NCBI GenBank assembly: GCA_002633005.1
Contig: NMRA01000067.1
Location: forward strand, 1,088,951 to 1,152,950
Origin: Phoronis australis
Lineage: Eukaryota > Animalia > Phoronida
DNA length: 64,000 nt
Reading direction: 5' to 3'
In this document: one piece after another, positions 25,201 to 37,300 of the stretch
Position numbering within the stretch: the stretch's first letter is position 1
Layout of the letters: every line of letters begins with the position of its first letter
The notes under the pieces: generated by a model
The model's database searches: none
What the model was told of the DNA's origin: nothing
Seen by the model: only the letters and a program-made list of their open reading frames with translations
Made by a program: the position numbers and the translations under genes

Positions 25201-27163
25201 TGCCCCCTAGTGGCAATTTTAGTTTTTTACGTTTACCTCTGTATCTTCAAAAGTCCTGAACGGATTTTCGTAAAATTTGGTATATAGGCACCTATTAGAG
25301 AGATGATGCTGTCCTCCCGTTTTTGGATGGATTCAATGTAGTTTGTGCCATCTAGTGGCCTCTTTTACTGTTTTCGATTCTGTTTTTTTGCGTCCACTCC
25401 TCTATCAACCAAACCGCTCAAAGAATGATTCATTGTGAAAATTGGTATGTATGTTCCTACTATGAATTGGACGGCTGACGATGATTTTTTGATGATTTCG
25501 ACTAATGTGGCACATCCTAGTGGCAGTTTTTTTACGCCTAAGGCTATATCTCCTAAACCGTTCGAAGGATCTTTACTAAATTTAGAAAGTGTATTTATAT
25601 GATGTTGACAACTGACGACGACGACTTTCAGACAGACCTGACTACTGGTGTGCCACCCAGTGGCAATTTTATTTTTTTCACGTTTACCCCTGTACGTTCA
25701 AAGGTCCTTAATTAGTTTCATAAAATTTGGCATACTGGCATCTTTTAATGAGGTGACGCTATCACTCAGTTTTCAGATGGATTCGACCTAGTTTGCGCCA
25801 CCTATTAGCCATTTTTACTGTTTTTTGGCGTCCACTCGTCTATCAAGTAAACCGCGTTCGGGATTAATGTGAAAATTGGCATGCATGTTTTTACTAGGAA
25901 GTAGACAGCTGACGATGATTTTCCGATGTGTTCAATTACTGTGGCGCCTCTTAGTGGCTGTTTTGTTTTTTATTTGCGCCCATGGCTGTATCTCCTAAAC
26001 TGTTTGCAGGATCTTTATTTAATTTAGCAAGTGTATTTATATGATGTTGACAACAGACGTTTACGACTTTCGGACAGATCTGACTACTGGTGTGCCCCTT
26101 AGTGGCAATTTTAGTTCTTTACATTTACCAGTCTGTATCTTCAAAGGTCCTCAATAAATTTTCACAAAAATTTGAAGATAGGCATCTATTAGTGAGATGA
26201 CGCTATCATCCTGTTTTTGGATCTAATCGAGGTATTTTGCGCCACCTAGTGGCCATTTTTGCTGTTTTTTGAATCTTGTTTTTGGCGTCCACCCCTTGAT
26301 CAATCAAATCATTCTAGGGATGGTTTTGAAAATTGGCGTATATGTTTTCAGTGTGAAGAGGACGTTTGATGATGGTGAATGGCTACTGAAGCGCCTTCTA
26401 GTGGTAGTTTTATTTTGTTTTTCACCCATTGCCGTATATCCAAAACCCACTGCAGGATCTTTATTAAATTTAGTAAGTGAATTTATATGAAGATAACAGA
26501 CTTTCTGGCGTATCGAATGGACACTGTGCTCACAGGTGGCAATTTCATTTTGTTCCGTTTCCTTTATTTCTCTGAAGTTCCTTGATAGATTTTTATGAAA
26601 TATGGCATGTTTCCGTATTTGGATGGATTGTACATTTTTGTGCCATTTACCATTAGTGGCCATTTCTATGATACGAATAAATAAACCTAAAACACACCAT
26701 TTGCGATGCTCTTGTTTTTATGAAGGCAACGAAGATCCCTCAGGAAAGTGTCATTCAGAATCAGTTGAGCTTAAACAGTTCAATATACATGGCTTTTCCC
26801 ACCGTGGGAGGTAATTGAAACAAAAGTTAACCTATAGCATGGAAAGCAGATAACTTTGAAAAGTTTAGTGTATAACATACATAGCAGGTAAAGGACACCA
26901 TCTCTCTCTCTCTCTCTCGTTATCAGGAGGTGCTGGACAAAATTAAGCAGCGTCTGGAAAAGAGCCAGCAAGACCAAGACCACCTGAGGGTGTGGGAATC
27001 TAAAGACAGGAGTATCCAGGAGCATAACTTTGAGCGCGTCAACTTCTTCTCCGGCCTCCAGCTCTTCATCATGATCTCAGTTGGCCTCATCCAAGTCCTA
27101 ATGGTGCGCAGTCTGTTCGACGACAAGAGCAAAACCTCTCAATCGTTCAAAGCACGCACGTGA
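16261..27163 (+). CDS. TMED5: p24/emp24/gp25L family cargo receptor, gamma subfamily (TMED5/TMED1-like), 225 aa
   Basis: Exons 16261-16419, 18143-18240, 20382-20499 (or 23847-23964), 21156-21221 (or 24623-24688) and 26927-27163, all GT-AG with matching phases. Signal peptide, GOLD domain (EECLFQ..EVEYQVIDGGDLDISF..SDGVH..GDYKICLDNSYS), coiled coil (DMKIEDFR..ESKDRSIQEHNFERVNFFS), TM helix and short tail (RSLFDDK..). Confidence 0.93.
16643..17430. mobile_element. foldback MITE (host of the TRIM insertion), copy 1
   Basis: cttttcggcgaattatg..catcaaagtc.cattgt.ataaat..catagagggacact is shared with 17711-18022 and 57864-58268. It resumes after the TRIM at 17285 (aaactttttcttcgagcag..caactggccatttt). 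Confidence 0.65.
16755..17284 (-). mobile_element. TRIM (miniature LTR retrotransposon) with tRNA-like LTRs
   Basis: Direct repeats 17128-17284 and 16755-16851, both TG..CA. PBS TGGCGTAGTCGGCA (17125-17112) is complementary to the tRNA-Ser 3' end. PPT AGGAAAGGGGGGAA (16865-16852) abuts the 3' LTR. Flanks tgtc/tgtt. Box A/box B motifs lie inside the LTRs. Confidence 0.88.
17711..18022. mobile_element. foldback MITE, copy 2 (internally deleted)
   Basis: Long imperfect inverted arms (aattatgactca..catagagggacact / gtgtccctctatgcat..tgaggcataatt). The core gatatgacgtcataccacctgccacgca is shared with ~58064. Confidence 0.7.
19080..19300 (+). pseudogene. possible CR1/L2-type reverse transcriptase relic
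   Basis: IESENYVKSLGVTLDNL (~19252-19302) resembles the K-x-LGV-x-LD-x-x-L motif at the end of LINE RT domains. Short and decayed. Confidence 0.4.
19720..19900 (-). pseudogene. Penelope-like element GIY-YIG endonuclease C-terminal relic (duplicated at ~23190-23350)
   Basis: HSMLTGHEIGFSGVKTLGKDPNTFKQCIHESIRIKQTHGESSLNRN fits the H..TGH.I....K.L......R.I.E.I.I.....LNR pattern of Penelope endonuclease tails. Confidence 0.65.
21559..22020 (+). mobile_element. HINE-like element 5' part (duplicate of the 25027 copy, cut by the gap)
   Basis: Same tgcgcccacatatttatatgtgg hairpin and first monomers as the copy starting at 25027. Confidence 0.8.
22021..22934. other. assembly gap (N run)
   Basis: 914 Ns. 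Confidence 1.
22935..23145. repeat. 46-bp minisatellite, at least 4.6 copies
   Basis: Unit ccataacaccaagtgaacatcacaatgtcattaac(tg/ca)acaatacat starts at 22935, 22981, 23027, 23073 and 23119 (partial). It begins at the gap edge. Confidence 0.97.
23150..25492 (+). repeat. copy 2 of the 2.3-kb duplication containing TMED exons 3'-4'
   Basis: Exon 3' is 23847-23964 and exon 4' is 24623-24688, both with intact splice sites and encoding the same peptide as copy 1. Confidence 0.95.
25027..26718 (+). mobile_element. Helentron-associated non-autonomous element (HINE/DINE-1-like) with an internal satellite array
   Basis: 5' hairpin tgcgcccacatatttatatgtggacac, then a GTCC/GTCT microsatellite relic, about 11 diverged ~148-bp monomers each with cc..tagtggc, and a 3' end ..gctcttgttttt. 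Confidence 0.8.
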
Positions 27164-27981
27164 GGCTCGGGGATGTGAGCTATGGTGCGACTAGATGCTG
27201 TAGGTGTGCATCCTGGTTAGTGTGGACTTATTGTTCAGTCGAGCTGCAGTTCATGAGCTTTAAATGAGTCTGCTGCCGATTTTACATGTTCTGCCGTTCT
27301 TGGTGTGTTTATCTATTAACACTTGATCCTACCTGAATCGTCCTATGCAAAATGTTTATGACTATGATCAGTGTTTTTCATGTGAATGCTATGTCAAGAT
27401 GTTCGTGTTTGTGCAATCTTAAATCACTATTTAGCCACTGAACAAACAGCTACAAAGAGCAGTCGAAGAGCCTATTGAACAAATATATGAGCTGCATGCC
27501 TTGATTCACTTTGTGATTCAATAACAATTTAATGGTTAATAATAACTTAGTCCCCATAATCATTTTACTGATCATATCTGGGTGTCTGTGAACTTAGCCT
27601 TTATGTTAAATCTGTGTTGTTAGTTCTTGAAGGCTATAATGCGAAATATTTTTTTCAGCTAGTTTTGCAGCAACTGTTTTTAATTTTCTGAGTCGCAAAC
27701 AACGAATTCTCAGTGAATACTAATCAAATGGTGGTGGTTTAGAACTGGACAGTACAAGCAGCTGTTTATCTGTCAGCGTAAGAGTACGTGCTTTGATGTG
27801 AAATTATTAAAGTGTTACGGTTTCTGTTTCAGTTTAAACCTAACATCAGATTCCGGTGGGCAAATTTTGTTTACTAGGTACTTAGTTACGATTCACAGGA
27901 AAAGACAATTGCTCAAATTTAAGTTATTAGCCTGAAGACAACATCAAAATAGAACAAAATGTGTTACATGAGAGATTAGTA

Positions 27982-27987
27982 AATAAA
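27982..27987 (+). terminator. candidate polyadenylation signal of the TMED gene
   Basis: AATAAA about 820 nt after the stop codon, followed by T-rich sequence. Confidence 0.4.
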
Positions 27988-29194
27988 GTTATTTTAAATT
28001 ATTGAACTCTTATTTTGTAAAAGTATGCTTATATTGTGTGTAATACGAGGTGAAACTAATTCTTGGTCAGTTTTATACAACGAGGAACATTTAAAGATCC
28101 ATCAGCACTAATTAGGTCAAGCCAAAATTGCACCACTACACTGAAACAGATAAAGAGAGCTGTGGTGAATCTTCTCATTAAAAGCAATCAAAGAACTCCA
28201 CTGGTTCCATTTTGATCAAGTGAAAATCGATAAATGGCAATTCATCCCGTGAAAAAATTGAGAAGGGTACCTCCCAAAACATGAATTAATGAAAATGGTC
28301 AGTTTTCAAAGATGTCGCTGTATACATTCGTCTACGCTACATCAACAGGACATTATTTAGAGTCCATGTCAAAACTCATTGGCGAGTTTCTTAATCAATC
28401 GGGGGATTGGAAAAAATACTCGTCTCCTTAAATGGCACGAGGTATCAAAAGTCCCGTGCATTCCTACCACGCAATAAGGTAATGTTACTGCCACAAGAGG
28501 GACTCGTTCAACCTAACCTTGCTTCTCGTCTTGCAAATGCTCGTGCTGGTTTGTCAAGATTTTCTTCGAATGAATTCCTCAGTGGGTGACAACCTTTTTG
28601 TAGATAGTGCTGAAATGTTGGGTCACATCTTGTGGGACTAGCTTTTGCTACCCACACAGATATGCTGCCAAATGGGACTCACTTTTTGAGCAAGATACTC
28701 GAGGCTGGGGTACATTTATAAGACAAATAACTTGCTATCGTGTTGCAAGCCTCCTATAGCAAAAAACGAGAAGTAAAACGGCCGTCATAAACTGTGGCCA
28801 GGCTTGTTCAAATTCAGCTAAATAGTCCTGCGCATGACATATAGCAAAGATATTTGCGTGCTAGTTCAGGATGCGACAAGGACTATACAAATATTTGATG
28901 AGACTGGGGTTTTGTTTTTAATAGATCTACTGCTAACTGTCTAGCCCAGGTATTTAATTTGTCAGAGATACAGTTCAAAAGGGGTGAAATATTATTTGCC
29001 AACAGGTCAGTTATTTTAATATTAATAAATTGAAATTAAAAATCACCTCATCAACCTCTTTTTCGCTCTTTGGAATTTTGTTTGATGATAAACTGGGCAA
29101 AACATTTCCGTATGCCGCGAAGTGGATCCTAAATAAGAGTTTGAATCCCACACTTAGTTCACTGTGAAAGCAACAGACTATATTCAATTCCATG

Positions 29195-29525
29195 CCATGA
29201 CTTACCTCAAAAACCTACCTGCTGTATGCTGGTTCGGTAACTGGCCTAATTATGTTGCACAAGCAGCAGAATTAAGAGAAGCAGACTACTGGCAACATTT
29301 TTCAAAGTTTCTAGGTTGTAAAAGTTACATGTACATCACTTGTTGGATTTTCAAAATTCAAAAACCTAACCACACGTACTTTTCACAAACTGTTCAAAAT
29401 AATGTTTCAAAACAAAAATTTAAAACTAGTTGAGTGGCCCAATCTTGGCCAGTTAGGGTGTCATTGCATGATTCTTTTCATGAATTCTCTGCTAAATTGC
29501 CACTTCATGAAAGTGACTGTGTTTA
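29195..29525. repeat. dispersed repeat, homologous to ~30848-31250
   Basis: Shared blocks cttacctcaaaa..ggtaactggcc..cagcagaattaa, gtacttttcacaaact.ttcaaa and gagtggcccaatcttg..attcttttcatgaa. Confidence 0.6.
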
Positions 29526-31376
29526 TAGCGTATAAGGAAGAAAATTATAGGATATCTGTAGGCAGCAAAGGAAAGTTAATGACAATTATCCAACCTTTGA
29601 TTTGCAAAACATATTAACAAAAATCATAACAAGTGAAGCTCAATACAGACTGCTTTAATAGGGCCACAGCTAACCACATTATAATATGTGCACAATACAA
29701 ATATTAAAGATCACAAGACAAAGAGCAAATTTTACACAGCTCATTATGCACTTCATTACCTATGCTTAACACGATAACTACACTACGTCTATAACTAATT
29801 CTTCCTTGATTCTTGTCTCAATTATGACAAGTATTATACCTGGTTAAGCTAGGAATGTAAATTCGATGTAAATAGAACAAATAAATGGTAACTATCAACA
29901 CTTGGAATGTCTATTGAGGTAAGTTGAACTTTCATCAACATAAAGCAAAAAATCGATATAACTATAGTGTAATTTACATTTAGTAGATAAAAAGCACTTG
30001 ATGCAAGTATATTATAGATTTGACATTTGCATGGAAGGTAAAATGTGCTACCAACTACTGTCAGTAAGATGAATGTTTATTCAAGCATTCATAATGTAAT
30101 AATGCAAACATTTTTGCATCAAATGTCAAGAAATAAATAACTGTGGGCAAATGCACCACGGTACACTACTGAGTACTATCAGGTAGCTCCATCTCTAGGC
30201 CAAAATTGCCATAACAAGCAGAGTATACGGTGAATACCAACCAGCAATGAAGGATTATTCATTTTAAAACATTCAAGTTAGGCCAACATGTGCTCACTGT
30301 TTCATGTAATAGCACAAAAGCACAACAAACTGCACTCATTGCCCAGGGCAAACAAAAGGGGCCATTACAACCAAACAAAACAATATATGACATTTGTACA
30401 GTGTGTACTCTTACAGGTTACAATCCAGGGACCTTTAAATAAATTGGGAACTAAAAAAACAGATGGAGGGCATCAACCTGAGAATGGGCACTTAAAAACG
30501 AAATGTTTGAGTTGGAGGTGATCGTAAAAATTGGGTTTGGTGTTCACTTGAACAGTTGCTTCAGCTAAACAGCCAGAATGGAGTTAAACTGCATCGAACT
30601 CACATGCATGAGTCAAATAAAACACAGCAACAGAGTAGGGGTATTTCACAGCTCGAATAAAGCAAGGTGTCACAACAACCGATGCCCCAAAGATATTGAG
30701 CTTTGCACGTTTTGGGAGCTACAATTTCTGTGGGACAGACTTCCACAAAGACACGGCACTTTCAAGGAAGTCTTGATCGCAATATTTGGTGATGGGCATT
30801 AAGCGGAGCGTGGGCATTTACATGCCAAGAATTATACAATGACACTTGGCTTACCTCAAAATCCAAGTGCTGCCTGGTGGTTTGGTAACTGGCCATATGA
30901 TGTTACACACCCAGCAGAATTAAATGAAAGGCATAACATGACAGCATTGTAAAAAATTTTTTAGCTGAACCGTGTGTACTTTTCACAAACTATTCAAACG
31001 CCATGCTACTTAAAAATTTTCAAAACTAAAATTTGAAATATTTAATACCTCCGTCACCTCCACTGTGTTCATAATGGGTCTAATTGTCTAGAGAACAGCA
31101 GCCTGTGGTGTTCAAAAGCAATATAACAGCATTGTGTCTTTGATGACTGTGGCAGATTTTGATGTACGCAAACCAGTGGAGTGGCCCAATCTTGACCGGC
31201 GAGGATGACTACATTTAATTATTAGGATTCTTTTCATGAAAGTGAAAATTTGGAAAATTACAAGCATGGGTGATCAGTTTGAAAATGGGCGTTAACTCAG
31301 TTGAGTACGGTGCTGTTATTCTGTCACCAGTCTTTCCCACAAAGATCTCGTGGGTATATTAAAAAAGGTATGCTGG

Positions 31377-34300
31377 TCATCTTCTCTTGTTCTTTGACCT
31401 TTTCTTACCACTTCCCCAGCCAGGACCGAGGTCAACCTTTTTGTCGCGGAAGGATATCCTCTCCTTGACACGCTCAGAAGGAGCAGAGCTTGTCTTAATG
31501 GGAGGTAACTCCACTACATTGCCTGAAATGAGTTAATGATTGGCCACACTGAAAATTAATCCTTCAACATGTGACATATTGTTACATTGCATCGCGCCCA
31601 AAATTGATAGTAATGTATTTTAGGCAAACGTGACTCTAATCGAGATCTGGCAACCATTAAAGAACGCAAGAACACTCCCTTAAATTCGACATAAAACCAC
31701 ATTATATGAATGGACATTATTTATTATTCATCCAAGTGAATAATTACATGAAGAGTCACTCAGAAAGCACATGCTTCGGCACTGAAGGGCAAATCCCAGT
31801 GGTATAAACTAAGACAGAAGACATGAGGATTCTGGACAGAGAAAGTTCTTGGTTTGAATGAGGTGTGACAGAAGTTGTTTGGGTTAAAGCTAAGAATCCT
31901 CTTTCAATAGACATGCAAATGCCAGAATTAAACCATTGGATTCATGGTCCAGGGCCTCGTCTATGAACAGTGGCAAAGGGCAACAAAATTTTGGTGGGAA
32001 CCAATCCCTCATAGGAGCCAGGCACCTCCGCAATGTCGGTAGTAAGTTCCAGAAGTAATAATTTACAGTTTTTCGTATAAAACTACATTGTTTGACTCTT
32101 AAAACAAACTTTTCAAAAACTTAATGCAAGATGACATAACAGCTGCCATTACAAATATTTCACGTTGAGTTTCCCAAATGAAGTCAGATGAATCTAATCT
32201 TAACTACCAAATGTCTTGTGGTATAACTGGCAGGGCTTGGAATGACCAATGACAAAAAACGCGGAAACTTTGAAACTTTTACGGCCCAAATCATCACCCG
32301 ATAACCAGCCTAGAACTGGTCAATGTGAACCTTTCCCCGACAAAAATCGGGAGGACTAAAAAAAAACGTTACCACCATCAGTAGCATGCGTCTGCGTCCT
32401 TTTAGCTCGCCCGTCTACTCCCAACCCACACATTTTTGGCTGCAGAGCGGTAGTATTTGTCGCCGCGCTTAACAATAACACGAGACGCCATTGAAAATCA
32501 CACCACGCTATCCCAGATGCCCCGGCAATGTTGACAATTTACGTTCCTCCAAACATAAAGAGCAACTTCCGCTTTTCGAGGTGAACGTCGTCTGCAACGC
32601 CGCGGTAAGAAAGGAATTTGCCTCGGAAATTTTATATCAAATCCGATTTTTTTACGCTGAAATATTATAAAAAAAGCGGAAAGCACATTTGAAAAAAGCG
32701 GAAATCCGCGTTTCCGCGGAAAATTCCAAGCCCTGAACTGGGTCAAAAATGTTATTTATCGAATGATTATTGGCAACAACAGCTTACACTGCTTGTTACA
32801 AACTGAGACACTGAACAAAATCAGATCATGTGTTGGTGTTGACCACTTATAAGTTAAAAATATTTGTCTTGCACAACACTTTCCTGCATTCTTACCTGCG
32901 CTACTCCCCAAAGAGTGCCTACGATGGCGTACAGATGACCCCGTCAATGATTCACCATCCACTGACTGTAGCTCCATGGGGGTAGGGCTAGGACTGGCCT
33001 GTAAATAGGTCAGAAGGTCAGTAATGAGCTCACAACTTTCACCTAATCATCAGTATCTTGTTATTGGACAACTGGGAAAACCGTTGGCTCTTGACATCCC
33101 ACTTTTTCATCAAAGCTCCTATTGTGTTATACAGGGCAATTACTTTATTTTGCTGTTTCACATTCAACATAAATTTAATGGCTACTCTTCTTACGGTAAT
33201 GGTCGGATATAACATGCCAGTATTTTGAGAACCAGTTTTCTCCACTGAATACTGGGCATCAAACTGGTTCTCAAAATACGGACACGTTATATTCGACTAG
33301 TGCCTCCTCTTACTGTACCACAGAAATGATGTTTTACATATTAAACACAGGTGAACAGTGACTGCCATACAAGTATAACACTAACACTTATCCCCTATAT
33401 GCAATTCATTACAGGCCTGCTATATAGATAACAAGGCTAGGAAATACAGCATGTCCTATTTTCAAAATCTAGCTCATACTGTTATGGTAAAAATTCTCCA
33501 TTTTGGGAAAGTCTCCACACTTTGGGATACTGAAATTCACGGCAGAATTGAATTTTCTTGATTTTGAAAATTGAGACATGAGCAATTTTGATATTTGTGA
33601 CATTTCTGAAATAACGGACGCAGCGTTTTGTGGCAACAGAATCTGAAAACAGACTTGGCAGTTGATAAAATTGTAGAAAACAAACACTGACCCAATGATT
33701 TCATGAGTCCTCATTCGGTGAATGTTCATCTTTCATAACAAAATAGTTAATTTTTCACTGTCCCAAACTAGAGAATTTTTACTGTATACCTTAACCACAA
33801 CTAGCTGTCCCAAAATAATAAGCACACAAGACTGCATAAAATAATATCCTCAAAATCTGCATTACCATGAGCTGGACTCTTCCACCATTAACAATGGTGG
33901 CATCCATCTGTGGTAGACTAGTTGATCGGGAGTAGCCTCCCCTGTCTGTTATCTCCTCCTGGTGGCTGACCTGGGAGTGAAGCCACTGAAATGTCCGTCG
34001 GTGTTTGGTGACCATTTGTTCTTCCTTCTCAGCTGCCTCATGCTCCCGCTGCTCTTCACGTGCTGAAAAGGAAGAAGCAGAGTATTATGGGATTACAGCA
34101 AATTTCAGCATGACTGATTAAAGCTTAAGAAATCAATTCAAAACATCTAAGCATCAGTTGCAACAAATGAATCTTGACAAATACACACACCATAGATCAA
34201 ATCATTATGCAAACAGGAAATCAAATAAAATAATAAATGTTTATTACTAAGCATTACAGCAAAATCCAAAGTCACCGAATCCACACTCAACACAAACTTT

Positions 34301-37300
34301 ACTACAGAGAAAAAATCACCATTCGAGGTACCTTCAAAATCATCAGCTAAATCTTAAAAAGAAGACAATCTAATGTAAAACAGAGCTGGTTTTCAATAAT
34401 TTGTTGCATTATGCATTACATCATTGTACAAATCAAACATTCATGAACTTACATCAACAAATTAACACAGCAAATCTCAATTGATACAGAAAATTAGCAG
34501 ACTAAGCAAAAATGCATAGCTGGATCAGCTGCCCGTTCCAACAAAACTGACTTAGCTAAGACAAATCTTAAATTTTTGTAAATTTTAAAATAATTAAATT
34601 TATTTCAAAACCAATTCAGGAAGGGGTTCTCAAGTTTGCCTGAAGTGTATGAGCTAAATTTGGTCTTATCCTTCCAGCTGTGGAAGTTTCAAAGTTTGGA
34701 AGTTAAGACAAATCTTAGACTTAAGTCAAAAATGAACTTAAGTCAGTTTCTTGGAACAGGCCCCTGGTCTTTCCCTGGACTCCTTTGAAACTTGCACTCA
34801 TTGACTTAATATAAAATGCCTGCTGCTGCATCAACTTCCGTCAGTCGAGGACTTTTCTTTGAATGGGACCCAGGCTAACTGGGTGTGAAATGCCATTACT
34901 TACCAACCCCCTAAAGGCACAATTACCTCTAGGTGGTAAAGTAGGCAGTGCTTAGAGCTTGGTTTAATCACTCGAATAGGAATGGATCATTTAAAAAGTA
35001 GTAATCACCATCATACTGTAATACTTTTTGCACTTTTTTAAGACTTGCGGTTGAATCCTGCGTTTCTGTCTGTTGTGCATAATGAAATATAATTGTATAT
35101 CACTTTATACCCCGATTCTCACCTTTCTTTGCGCTCCTTGTTGGTCATTATTGCAAGTCTCAAGAGGATTTTTCAAAAAAGAGCAACCATACCAACGACT
35201 CGATTTTCAAAAAATAACACCAACCAGAACCGATTGTGCTTTTGGCCTTACGAGGAAACTATGTGGTCTTGAGAAGTTACTTTCACAAAAAATAAAAAAT
35301 TTCTGAACCACTGATATAGCACTCTGTTTAAATTCCAGCTTACAGGTTCAACATCAATCAAAAATCAAAATCGTTTCGTTTGATTCTGTTTCTACACTGC
35401 TTATTCTAGAGGTCATTTCAGCCAAAGGGCTTGTTTTGCAAGTAGTGTACCTTGAAAGTAGTCCCGGCGCTCCGGTTGTTTCCTTTGTGTGTGCTGAACT
35501 CGAGGTACGCCAGCCGCTTCTTCAAGCTTGCGAAACAGAGCTAGACGTTGTTTGGGATCTGAAGTAACAGAATACAATTACAGAAGAGAAAAACATATGT
35601 TGGGAACAAAAATGGGGTCACCGTGGAAACAAGATGAATTGAATCAAGTCATATGCGAGATGGATCAATTTACAATAAAACCAAAAGTTAACAAATATTT
35701 CAAAGCATCTGCCTTCGTAACACCACAATAGAAATTGTATGTAATGATCTATTGCATGAGATCCCTGCTCTGACCATATGACACACAACCAGTTTAACAC
35801 AGTTATATGGAGATGTGACCAAACAATTACCTAGTTTACTCAATTTCTGCTTATGTTTTGCATTGTACTTGAGCTTCTTAGCCCTCTGCATCATAAGTTC
35901 AGCCGTCTTCGTGTCTTTGAAGCCCCTAGAAATAAACCATTAAATATAAGATTTGAACAGATTATGGAGTTATAAACCAGTACCATGGAGTCAATAAACT
36001 GGAATATTGACTGCTGCTGTGGTAGCAACATTTCAGCCTCTCTCATTGTGCAAGCTTCAGCTTTACCACTGCGCCACCAGCACGTCACCAAAATCAGTGG
36101 CCGGTTAATGTCATCAGGATTCTGACATTTTTTAATAACCCCACAGTATAAGCCACCAGGTGAATGCAAAGGCTAAAGTATTAACAGGTTTACAATACAC
36201 ATCATTTGCACCAACTTCAGCGTGTGCCTGACAATTGTGATGACACTCAGCTGACAAACGCATTGATGTAACTTAAGTGACATTGCCATTGTCCGACCCA
36301 AGGAAATGACATCTTTCCCAAAATATAATCGATTGTTCCCTTGTCCAGTCTGAGCATCTGCAGGAAGTTTCTTTCAAAATCTCAGTAAAAACTGATAGTT
36401 GACTGACCAAATGAGTTATTGGCATACAGTCGAAAGCCAAGACTTAGCAGGTGTGATCATATATTAATAAAACAATAATTGGTTTTCAGACCCTAAAACT
36501 GTGCCAATGACCTCAGCTCCGCCTCGGTCATCATCACATTTATATGGTCTGAAAAACCAAACTTTTGACTGAGTGTGTACGTCAATAATTTGTTGTATTT
36601 ACATTTATGATTTGGATTAATTGTGAAGCTTTAAGCTAACCATTGGCAATGTTAACGAGTCAATATTGATCATAACAAAGTCACAAGAGACTGCTCTTGT
36701 GGCAACAAGAAATCCAAACCTTGACAGAAATTTTCTGAACAGGTCCCACATTTTTGTCCAATGGGTTGACAAGTTTTCTCTTGTCCAATCAATTGCTTCG
36801 CTGTTTAAACATCCTGTGCACAAATAAATTGTAAAGCGTAACGTAACAGAATGCAACTCACCATTCTTCAGAAAGCAACTCTTCCTTCCTGGAAAGTACC
36901 GTTCTGTGAGTGTCACCACCGCTCATCCTGGAGTCTGGGGGGAGGGGCGGTTTGCTAGACACATATCCACTCTGAGGGGAGTTACGCCAGGCTTCCCTTG
37001 GTTGAGGCGGCTGACCATCTGACTGGACACTGTCTGGACGCCAGCTAGACATCTGATTCAGTGGCTGTGGTAGCACTGGGTGGCTGGATAAGAGAGTAGC
37101 ATTAGAGTGTAATTCATTCATTGAGTCAGTAACGCACCAAGTACATGACTGTATATACAAATGTGGTCCTCAACTCATCAAAGCAAGGCTTATGTTGCAT
37201 CTGAAAAATCTATAAAATTCAGCACATATCCCATGCTAATTTATAAAACAAGGCTTCATAGCAGTAAATTAATCTATACAATTCAATACGTTTCCCACTG

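Noticed and set aside
21449-25210. Repeated small ORFs (MLFRTPSLL.., ..LDGSSYRCAP; related ORF at 56498-56716) as a small-protein family
   Set aside because: They arise from the duplicated segment and the HINE 5' end, and the frames are not conserved between copies.
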